From an uncultured Bdellovibrionales bacterium (lineage in GTDB: Bacteria; Patescibacteriota; Minisyncoccia; Moranbacterales; UBA1568), in the NCBI GenBank assembly GCA_964398485.1, contig CAYNMD010000004.1:1-40888 (forward strand): 40,888 nucleotides of DNA, written 5' to 3'. The position numbers and the translations under genes are program-made. Position 1 is the first letter of the stretch. Each line of letters begins with the position of its first letter. Under the pieces are notes generated by a model. The model saw only the letters and a list, made by a program, of their open reading frames with translations, was not told the origin of the DNA and searched no databases. This document shows, piece after piece, positions 34,530 through 40,888 of this stretch.

Positions 34530-34862
34530 ATGCCAGAAGAAACTCGTGCTCGTCGAAAAAATACAGAAACAAGCTGGTCGTTTGTCCCAGATTTTCTTGA
34601 TCGCATGTTTGATACGGTGGAGGTTTTCACTGAGAGATTGATACATCTTCTTTCAGATACAGCTGAAACACTGGTCACGCGAGCAGTGCAGAGACTGTTT
34701 GGCCTTCTTCTTCTCGGGGTGGGTATCGTTTTTGTTCTGGTTGGTGGAGCGGAGATTCTCAATCAGATATTTCGCTTTCCCGGAGTAGGGGAGCTTATTG
34801 TAGGAGCCTTCATTCTGTTTGTTACGTCGATTGTGCTTTTGGCAACCAGAAGAAGGTCTTAA
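34530..34862 (+). CDS. Small two-TM membrane protein, YqjE/holin-X (DUF1469)-like
   Basis: Amphipathic N-terminal region, then LFGLLLLGVGIVFVLVGGAEIL and LIVGAFILFVTSIVLLA with a basic tail. It sits next to a YqjD-like gene. The call rests on topology and context only. Confidence 0.35.
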   Translation: MPEETRARRKNTETSWSFVPDFLDRMFDTVEVFTERLIHLLSDTAETLVTRAVQRLFGLLLLGVGIVFVLVGGAEILNQIFRFPGVGELIVGAFILFVTSIVLLATRRRS

Positions 34863-34889
34863 GTATTAATTGGTGAGATAATAATTTGT

Positions 34890-35135
34890 ATGGAAAAGAT
34901 GACTCCAGAGGTGCTGCAGGCCAAGGTGACTAAAGAGCTCGAGAAGAGTCGTAAGATGGCTGAGCGGGAACTAGCCAAGATCAAGACAACAGTAACGGGC
35001 AAGATGAAAGAGGTAGAGAAGTTTGTAGAGAAAAATCCCGAGAAGGCAGCCCTTATCAGTGCAGGTATTGGTGCTGCCCTTGGTGCTGCTATGGCTCTCT
35101 TCATGAATAAGGGTGCTAAGAAGAAAAAGCGTTAG
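34890..35135 (+). CDS. DUF883/YqjD(ElaB)-like tail-anchored membrane protein
   Basis: Helical N-terminal part followed by KFVEKNPEKAALISAGIGAALGAAMALFM. This aligns by eye with E. coli YqjD EYVRENPWTGVGIGAAIGVVLGVLL. Lys-rich C-terminus. Confidence 0.55.
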   Translation: MEKMTPEVLQAKVTKELEKSRKMAERELAKIKTTVTGKMKEVEKFVEKNPEKAALISAGIGAALGAAMALFMNKGAKKKKR

Positions 35136-35165
35136 TTATCAAAGTGAGTATAGCAATACGAAAAA

Positions 35166-35191
35166 GTCCGGGAGCATGTCCCGGCTTTTTT
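35166..35191 (+). terminator. Rho-independent terminator
   Basis: GC-rich stem CCGGGA (35168-35173) pairs with TCCCGG (35179-35184) around the loop GCATG, followed by CTTTTTT. Confidence 0.7.
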
Positions 35192-35236
35192 GTGAATTCT
35201 CCTCGAAGAGGGGGGAGTGAGGTATAATGGGGGCGT

Positions 35237-36010
35237 ATGGATAAAAAATGGCTTTACTTTTTAGGGAGTATACTTTTTACCCTTCTGCTTGTTGGCGGGT
35301 GGTGGTTTACTCGTCAGGAAGAGGGGGCGACGAATGTTTTTCAGAATAATCCAATAGTATTAGAAGAGAAGGCTGAGACTAACTCTCTTGATGAAGCCTT
35401 GGATGCAGTTAATCAATCAGCGGCAGAAGAGGGCGCTTCTTCGGTTGCTGAGGCCCCGCTTTCTGAAAATTATCCTGTTAAAGTTGAAACAAATAGCGGA
35501 GGGGAAATGTCCCTTTCTGACCCAGCGCCTCCCTCACCTCCTCCTTCTCTTGTTATCGAGAATCGACTGATTGGTTTTGGTCATCGAACACCTCTGGGTT
35601 CACGTACTATCGATACGATCGTGCTCCACTCTTCCTACAATGTTTCTGGCGGAGATGCTTATGATCGAGAAAAGATTATTGGTCAATACGAACAGTATGG
35701 CGTTGGAGCGCATTATCTTATTGAGCGGAGTGGTCGCATCCTTAGATTGGTAGAAGAAGGAGATATCGCCTACCATGCTGGGGAAAGCAAAATGCCCGAT
35801 GGAAGGAAAAATGTGAATGATTTTTCGATCGGGATTGAGCTCGTTGCCACAGAGGAAAGTGGTTACACCGACAAGCAATACCAAGCAGTGAATGATCTTA
35901 TTGCTGATATTAAAGCTCGTCACCCCATTGAAGATGTTGTCGGTCATGGTGATGTTGCTCCCAAGCGTAAAACTGACCCCTGGAAGTTTGACTGGAAGAG
36001 GTTGGATTAA
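35237..36010 (+). CDS. N-acetylmuramoyl-L-alanine amidase (Amidase_2/PGRP fold), membrane-anchored
   Basis: N-terminal TM LYFLGSILFTLLLVGGWWF. Catalytic-domain blocks: IDTIVLHSSYN, AHYLIERSGRI, AYHAGES, FSIGIELV, VVGHGDVAPKRKTDPWKFDW. A TATAAT box at 35223-35228 lies 8 nt before the ATG. Confidence 0.85.
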   Translation: MDKKWLYFLGSILFTLLLVGGWWFTRQEEGATNVFQNNPIVLEEKAETNSLDEALDAVNQSAAEEGASSVAEAPLSENYPVKVETNSGGEMSLSDPAPPSPPPSLVIENRLIGFGHRTPLGSRTIDTIVLHSSYNVSGGDAYDREKIIGQYEQYGVGAHYLIERSGRILRLVEEGDIAYHAGESKMPDGRKNVNDFSIGIELVATEESGYTDKQYQAVNDLIADIKARHPIEDVVGHGDVAPKRKTDPWKFDWKRLD

Positions 36011-36111
36011 GATCATCATTGCTATTTATTGTAAGAATATCGCAATAGATAGACGCTTTTGCTCTGTAAGTTTACTCAGGTTTTTAGTAATTAGTATCGA
36101 GCATCCTATCT

Positions 36112-37089
36112 ATGAATTTTGAAAAGAATTTTGTTAAGAAAGACCAATTATCAGGAAGAGAAGTGCAGGCTGAGGATGTGGATGCTCAGCGCAAATATGA
36201 AATGACTTTAGAGTTTTTGGATCAGATTGATTTTGAAGTCTTGAATCAGATTTTTAGAGAAATCAAAGGAAGGTCAAAAGATTACCGCATAAAAGGTGAG
36301 AATTTTATTTCAAAGAGAATAATCGCAGTTTATCCTGAAGGAAAAGATGTCTCCATCCGAGGGACATATTCTCCTAAGGATGGAATTCAGATGTTAGCTG
36401 GGTACCTGGAAGAACCTAGGGTAGATTCTGAGGAAGAATTTCGTAATCATATGATGTCACTTCTTGTTCATGAGTCGGTTCATGCCACAGAAGGACGACG
36501 AAACTATGTTTCATTTTTTGCTAACTTAAATATAGAGAGGTTAAAATCTTGGCTTAATCCAGTGCTTGTCACACAGGGTGGGTATGAAACGATTAAATAT
36601 ATTCGAGGTCAATTGAAACATAAACTCAACTATTTCAATGAGGGAGTAACTGACCTTATTGCAGAGGAGGTCTATTATGAGTACCTTCGTAGAACTGGCG
36701 ATCGGCGTTTATTTGCTAAGGAAGGATGGTCTCCAAAATTTATTGAAGGATATAGAGGGTCAAGAGTAATAATGTCGGCTTTAATTGAGGTGGTAGCTGA
36801 TGCTTCGGGTATACCAAGTGATAAAGTTTGGGAAGGATTGAAGCAGGGCTATATGGTAGGATTAAATTTAGAAGAAACAGAATTATATCAGGAATTTAAT
36901 ACGCTATTTTTTAAGGATTTTATTTCTGTAGATGATAAGGGTACTAGTATTCGACCACCGATAGAAGAAATGCTGAAGAAGATTGATCGGATTACTCTTT
37001 CTGAGGCCGCTAAGGAAAGAATAAAAAAATCCTACGATGTGTTTGTACAATCGATCAGTAAAAGTGTTGATAATGAAAAAGAATTATAA
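36112..37089 (+). CDS. Hypothetical cytoplasmic protein with an HExxH zinc-metallopeptidase motif, in AT-rich DNA
   Basis: HESVH at nt 36469-36483 (aa 120-124) and a possible third ligand in FNEGVTD (nt 36634-36654). No signal peptide or TM segment. Local GC is about 35% in a hand-counted 60-nt sample, versus about 45% in infB. Confidence 0.6.
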   Translation: MNFEKNFVKKDQLSGREVQAEDVDAQRKYEMTLEFLDQIDFEVLNQIFREIKGRSKDYRIKGENFISKRIIAVYPEGKDVSIRGTYSPKDGIQMLAGYLEEPRVDSEEEFRNHMMSLLVHESVHATEGRRNYVSFFANLNIERLKSWLNPVLVTQGGYETIKYIRGQLKHKLNYFNEGVTDLIAEEVYYEYLRRTGDRRLFAKEGWSPKFIEGYRGSRVIMSALIEVVADASGIPSDKVWEGLKQGYMVGLNLEETELYQEFNTLFFKDFISVDDKGTSIRPPIEEMLKKIDRITLSEAAKERIKKSYDVFVQSISKSVDNEKEL

Positions 37090-37093
37090 ATTT

Positions 37094-37390
37094 ATGTACT
37101 CTTTTCTTCTCAAACTTACTAAAACTGATGCCACACTTATACTCCAGAAAGACGGGGAGGGGGTGGCAACAAAAACATGGGCTGAGTCTCGGGATATGGG
37201 GAGGCAACTCTTTGAGGCCCTTCAGGAGCTTCTTCAGGAGAATAGCTTGGGGCCAACTGATGTGGAGAATTTTTGGCTTGAAACCGAGGTTTCAGACAAT
37301 TTTACGAGTGTGAAGATTGCTGAAACGGTAGCACAGGTGTACAATTGGGGTGTCAGTGTGCAAGCCAAAGATAAACTCAAAAAAGTATAA
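37094..37390 (+). CDS. Small protein resembling the N-terminal half-domain of TsaB/YeaZ (truncated, motif-degenerate)
   Basis: By-eye alignment with E. coli YeaZ residues ~3-80: FLLKLTKTDATLILQKDG.. against ILAIDTATEACSVALWNDG..; LFEALQELLQENSLGPTDVENF against ILPMVQDILTTSGTSLTDINAL; SDNFTSVKIAETVAQ against GPGSFTGVRIGIGIAQ. ATG 37094 follows the upstream stop. Earlier in-frame starts (37037, 37073) would overlap that gene. Confidence 0.4.
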   Translation: MYSFLLKLTKTDATLILQKDGEGVATKTWAESRDMGRQLFEALQELLQENSLGPTDVENFWLETEVSDNFTSVKIAETVAQVYNWGVSVQAKDKLKKV

Positions 37391-37423
37391 TTTTTCCACC
37401 GGGGGTTGACGCTCTCCGTGGTG

Positions 37424-37447
37424 AACTGTCTTGTTTGACAGTTTTTT
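37424..37447 (+). terminator. Weak rho-independent terminator-like hairpin
   Basis: AACTGTC (37424-37430) pairs with GACAGTT (37437-37443) around the loop TTGTTT, followed by a T-run. It overlaps the -35 box of the next promoter. Confidence 0.35.
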
Positions 37448-37463
37448 GGCTTTTTGCTATATT
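37435..37463 (+). promoter_or_regulatory. Near-consensus sigma-70-type promoter for rpoB
   Basis: TTGACA (37435-37440), an exact 17-nt spacer, then TATATT (37458-37463). The expected TSS is near 37470, about 265 nt upstream of the rpoB ATG. Confidence 0.55.
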
Positions 37464-37734
37464 GACAAGTACCTTCGAGAGAAAGTTTTCGATTTCACGA
37501 TCGAGGTCCGTCGAAATACTGTTTTCAGTAAGGTGGTAAATCGTGGGGAGTTTTTCAAAATTGTGAATGGGTATTTTGAAAAATTTCTCGAAAGTCGTTT
37601 TTCGACTGACTCAAAAGCTTAAAGTACGGGTGATGTATCGAGGGCTTTTCGGGACACAACTAATTCACTAGCTTTCCTACTGGACTGACTTTCTTGTATC
37701 GCCAAAGAAAGTCACGGCCGTGGGCGTTTTTTCT

Positions 37735-40700
37735 ATGACGAAAGGTAGCAAAGGGCTTCGGGTGAAGGATACCATCGGGACGAGTTCATCGCTCTCCAAG
37801 CGTAAGTTTTTCAATAATCGAATCACGGTGTCACTCCCGGATTTGATTGAAGTGCAGACAGCTTCTTATAAATGGTTCTGGGACAAGGGTCTTCAGGAGC
37901 TTCTGGATGAAATTAACCCTATCGGGGATTTTGCCAGCAAAGAGCTCGAGCTTACTCTCGATCAGTACTATCTCGACGAACCCAAATATTCGACGAGCGT
38001 TGCTAAGGCTAAAAACATCTCTTATGAGGCACCCCTTCGAGCCAAGGCGACATTGGTCATGAAGAAAACTGGTGAAGTAAAAGAACAGGAAATCTATTTG
38101 GGTGAAGTGCCACTCATGACCGATCGCGGTACCTTTATTATCAATGGTGTTGAACGTGTAGTTGTTTCCCAGCTCATTCGTTCCCCGGGTGTATTCTTTA
38201 CGATGGAATACCAGAAGGGAAAGAAGCTTTTTGGTGCCAAGATTATCCCAAATCGTGGTGCTTGGCTTGAAATTGAAACCGATCTTGATGGTGTCATTTC
38301 AGTGAAGATTGATCGCAAGCGCAAACTCCCGATTACGACTTTGCTCAAGGCTTTTGGACAGAATGACAAGGATATCCGCAAGGCTTTTGCTGATATCGAT
38401 ACTGGTGAAGTGAAGTACATCGAAACGACTCTCATGAAGGATGGGACGAGCGATCGTGGTGATGCCTATCGTGAAGTCTATAAGCGTCTCCGGCCCGGCG
38501 ATCTTGCTACCGAAGAGAATGCCAAACAGATGATTGATGCGATGTTCTTCAATTTTGAACGATATGACTTCGGAGCAGTGGGACGATATCGCCTCAATCA
38601 GCGTCTCGAAGTAGATCGCAAGGACTCAGAAGAAAATCGAGTACTCAATGTAGAGGATCTCAATTTGATTATCCGAGAGGTGATTCGTCTCAACAATGAT
38701 CCCGAAGGGAAGGCTGATGATATTGACCATTTGGGTAACCGCCGTGTTCGTGCAGTAGGTGAACTTATTCAGAACAAACTGCGTGTCGGACTCTACCGCA
38801 TGGTGCGAAACATCAAGGATCGTATGAGTACCTGTGACGTCAACACAGTTGTCCCTGGACAGCTCATCAACCCAAGACCGGTGGCTGCTTCTATCAAGGA
38901 GTTTTTCTCAAGCTCTCAATTGTCGCAGTTTATGGACCAGGTAAACCCTCTTGCTGAGCTCGAACACAAGCGTCGTCTCTCAGCTATGGGTCCTGGTGGA
39001 CTTACTCGTGAACGAGCTGGGTTTGAAGTGCGTGACGTGCACCATTCTCACTACGGACGTATCTGTCCTATTGAGACTCCTGAAGGTCCAAACATCGGTC
39101 TTGTTGGACACCTTGCTAGCTATGCCAGGGTCAATGAGTATGGTTTTCTCGAAACCCCCTACCTGTTGGTGAAGAAAGAAGTAGAAGCGACCGTCGAGGC
39201 ACTCGAGCACCGTATTTTGGCGGAGGCGGTAGCTGGTCTTAAAGCTGGTGAACAGTTGACGGCTGAAACTGCTGCCAAGGTAGCCAAGGAAATGAAGGGG
39301 AAAATGGTAGCTGTGAAGCCATTTGTTGCTCTCGAAATTGAATATCTCAATGCTATTGTTGAGGATCGAAAAATTATTGCTCACGCAGGGATTACACTTG
39401 ATGATCATCGCAACATTAATGAAGCGATGGTGGAAGCTCGCGTAAAGGGTCATCCAGAAACGATTGAAGCAGAAACGATTGATTATGTTGATGTCTCGGT
39501 CAAGCAGTGTATTTCGATCGCAACTGCCCTTATTCCATTCCTTGAGCATGATGATGCCAACCGTGCCCTTATGGGTTCAAACATGCAGCGTCAGGCTGTT
39601 TCTTGTGTGGTGCCGGAAGCTCCTATTATTGGTACTGGTATCGAAGATAAGGCTGCTCGTGATTCCGGACAGGTAGTTTTGGCTCTTGAAGCTGGTGAGA
39701 TTGTTGAAGTGGATGCTAACCATATCGTTGTCCGTGCCAAGTCACCAGCCGGTGCCAAGAAAGAATATACTGACCACGAATATCTTTTGCAGAGCTTCGA
39801 AAAGTCCAATGCTTTCACTTCCATGAACCAGGTGCCTCGTGTAAAGAAAGGCGAGAAGGTGGAGAAGGGGGATCTCTTGGCTGACGGAGCTTCAACCGAA
39901 AATGGCGAACTAGCTCTCGGACAGAACATGTTGGTTGCCTTTGTTCCATGGGAAGGCTTCAACTATGAAGATGCCATTATTCTTTCTGAACGTGTAGTGC
40001 AGAAGGATCGTTGGAGCTCTATTCATATCGAAGACTTTTCTATCGATGTGCGTGATACCAAGCTTGGTCCAGAGGTGGTGACTCGTGACATTCCTAATAT
40101 CGGTGAAGATCGCCTCAAACACCTCGATGAAAACGGTATTATCCGAATTGGTGCCGAGGTTTCTTCAGGAGACATCTTGGTAGGAAAAATTACTCCTAAG
40201 GGTGAAGGGGATCTTACGGCTGAAGAAAGACTGCTTCGAGTTATCTTTGGTGAGAAGTCCCGTGACGTGAAGGATTCTTCTCTCTACCTCCCTCATGGTG
40301 AACACGGAAAAGTAGTTGATGTGAAGATCTTCTCCCGCGAAAAGGGTGACAAGCTTCCGATGGGTGTTTTTGAGCAGATCCAAGTATCAGTAGCTCAGCT
40401 CCGTAAGATCCAAGTAGGTGACAAGCTGGCTGGTCGTCACGGAAACAAAGGTGTTATTTCTCATGTTGCTCCAGTTGAGGATATGCCTTATCTCCCAGAC
40501 GGGACTCCGATTGATGTGATCCTCAATCCGCTCGGTGTGGCTTCTCGTATGAACATCGGTCAGATTCTCGAGACTCATCTTGGATGGGCAGCAATGAGAT
40601 TGGGATACAAGGTAGCGAGTTCAGCCCTGGATGGTGTATCTGAACAAGATATCAAAACTCAGCTCAAGGAGGCTGGTCTCCCTGAACACGGAAAAGTAAG

Positions 40701-40888
40701 ACTGATCAATGGTAAGACGGGTGAAGCCTACGACAACGAGTCAACGGTTGGAGTAATGTACATTATGAAGCTCAACCACCTCGTTGATGACAAGATCCAC
40801 ATGCGTTCCATTGGGCCGTACTCACTCATTACTCAGCAGCCACTTGGTGGTAAAGCTCAGTTTGGTGGACAGCGTTTTGGTGAAATGG
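37735..40888 (+). CDS. rpoB: DNA-directed RNA polymerase subunit beta, 3'-truncated by the window edge (first 1051 codons)
   Basis: It is missing from the supplied ORF track because no stop occurs before the window end. From ATG 37735 the translation begins MTKGSKGLRVKDTIGTSSSLSKRKFFNNRITVSLPDLIEVQTASYKWFWDKGLQELLDEINPIGDF. The same frame gives VNPLAELEHKRRLSAMGPGG at 38941 and ends ...QQPLGGKAQFGGQRFGEM at 40887. All are classic RpoB blocks. Confidence 0.97.
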   Translation, partial: MTKGSKGLRVKDTIGTSSSLSKRKFFNNRITVSLPDLIEVQTASYKWFWDKGLQELLDEINPIGDFASKELELTLDQYYLDEPKYSTSVAKAKNISYEAPLRAKATLVMKKTGEVKEQEIYLGEVPLMTDRGTFIINGVERVVVSQLIRSPGVFFTMEYQKGKKLFGAKIIPNRGAWLEIETDLDGVISVKIDRKRKLPITTLLKAFGQNDKDIRKAFADIDTGEVKYIETTLMKDGTSDRGDAYREVYKRLRPGDLATEENAKQMIDAMFFNFERYDFGAVGRYRLNQRLEVDRKDSEENRVLNVEDLNLIIREVIRLNNDPEGKADDIDHLGNRRVRAVGELIQNKLRVGLYRMVRNIKDRMSTCDVNTVVPGQLINPRPVAASIKEFFSSSQLSQFMDQVNPLAELEHKRRLSAMGPGGLTRERAGFEVRDVHHSHYGRICPIETPEGPNIGLVGHLASYARVNEYGFLETPYLLVKKEVEATVEALEHRILAEAVAGLKAGEQLTAETAAKVAKEMKGKMVAVKPFVALEIEYLNAIVEDRKIIAHAGITLDDHRNINEAMVEARVKGHPETIEAETIDYVDVSVKQCISIATALIPFLEHDDANRALMGSNMQRQAVSCVVPEAPIIGTGIEDKAARDSGQVVLALEAGEIVEVDANHIVVRAKSPAGAKKEYTDHEYLLQSFEKSNAFTSMNQVPRVKKGEKVEKGDLLADGASTENGELALGQNMLVAFVPWEGFNYEDAIILSERVVQKDRWSSIHIEDFSIDVRDTKLGPEVVTRDIPNIGEDRLKHLDENGIIRIGAEVSSGDILVGKITPKGEGDLTAEERLLRVIFGEKSRDVKDSSLYLPHGEHGKVVDVKIFSREKGDKLPMGVFEQIQVSVAQLRKIQVGDKLAGRHGNKGVISHVAPVEDMPYLPDGTPIDVILNPLGVASRMNIGQILETHLGWAAMRLGYKVASSALDGVSEQDIKTQLKEAGLPEHGKVRLINGKTGEAYDNESTVGVMYIMKLNHLVDDKIHMRSIGPYSLITQQPLGGKAQFGGQRFGEM

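Noticed and set aside
35161-35192. AAAAAGTCCGGGAGC resembles the conserved GAAAGUCCGGGC of bacterial RNase P RNA.
   Set aside because: The match is part of a simple 6-bp hairpin plus T-run directly after a stop codon, which is a terminator. The surrounding non-coding space (~100 nt) is far too short for RNase P RNA.
37431-37622. 63-aa TTG-start ORF inside the rpoB leader.
   Set aside because: It starts upstream of the predicted TSS and overlaps the promoter. It has no SD, shows Phe/Lys-rich composition typical of random AT-rich frames, and is explained better as structured leader RNA.
38094-39962. Several minus-strand ORFs (38094-38435, 38980-39549, 39591-39962) and short plus-strand ORFs listed in the rpoB region.
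   Set aside because: All overlap the uninterrupted rpoB frame, which begins at 37735 and is open to the window end. The rpoB translation is highly conserved throughout.
1-40888. CRISPR arrays, transposases/IS elements, and alternative genetic code (UGA recoding, as in some CPR lineages).
   Set aside because: I saw no regularly spaced direct repeats and no transposase-like ORFs. TGA cleanly terminates conserved genes (the giant surface gene at 4878-4880 and pcrA at 8203-8205), and no conserved protein needs read-through. Code 11 therefore applies.

Overview
A 40.9-kb gene-dense chromosomal segment with about 30 CDS and 3 tRNAs. I saw no rRNA, CRISPR array or transposase. The standard code applies, since TGA, TAA and TAG all terminate long, well-conserved ORFs. 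GC looks mid-40s % overall but is clearly mosaic. Gene content points to a small-genome, uncultivated Patescibacteria/CPR-type bacterium, but this is inference only. The supporting traits are a short IF-2, a PrgI/VirB4/VirB6-type apparatus, giant surface proteins, COG2152/GH130 'glycosidase-related' genes, DUF4446, and rpoB not preceded by rplJL.

Layout:
- (i) 3-4880: 3' part of a giant LamG-containing surface protein that runs off the 5' edge.
- (ii) 4949-11848: serine hydrolase, PcrA, secreted beta-helix protein, Xer-type tyrosine recombinase, and a LysM-LysM-CHAP wall hydrolase.
- (iii) 12024-23078: an 11-kb, eight-gene, tightly packed operon encoding a minimal monoderm-type type IV secretion-like apparatus. 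It has VirB6-like, PrgI/VirB3-like and VirB4-like components plus unassigned ORFs, a His-less CPBP pseudo-protease and a 985-aa Cys-rich anchored exoprotein. No coupling protein or relaxase is present.
- (iv) 27563-23138, minus strand: DUF4446, infB, cca, tRNA-Pro, a 103-aa ORF and tRNA-Leu. The small ORF is bracketed exactly by the two tRNAs.
- (v) 32490-28529, minus strand: tRNA-Ser followed by two genes carrying four GH130-like propeller modules.
- (vi) 32569-37390: SAM methyltransferase coupled to an orphan sugar-type solute-binding lipoprotein, a YqjE/YqjD-like membrane pair, an Amidase_2 wall amidase, an AT-rich HExxH gene and a truncated TsaB-like gene.
- (vii) A near-consensus promoter and a ~265-nt structured leader, then rpoB, which is open to the 3' edge and absent from the supplied ORF track.

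The best candidate for an incompletely understood system is the T4SS-like operon. All functional calls come from motif recognition by eye; no database search was run.
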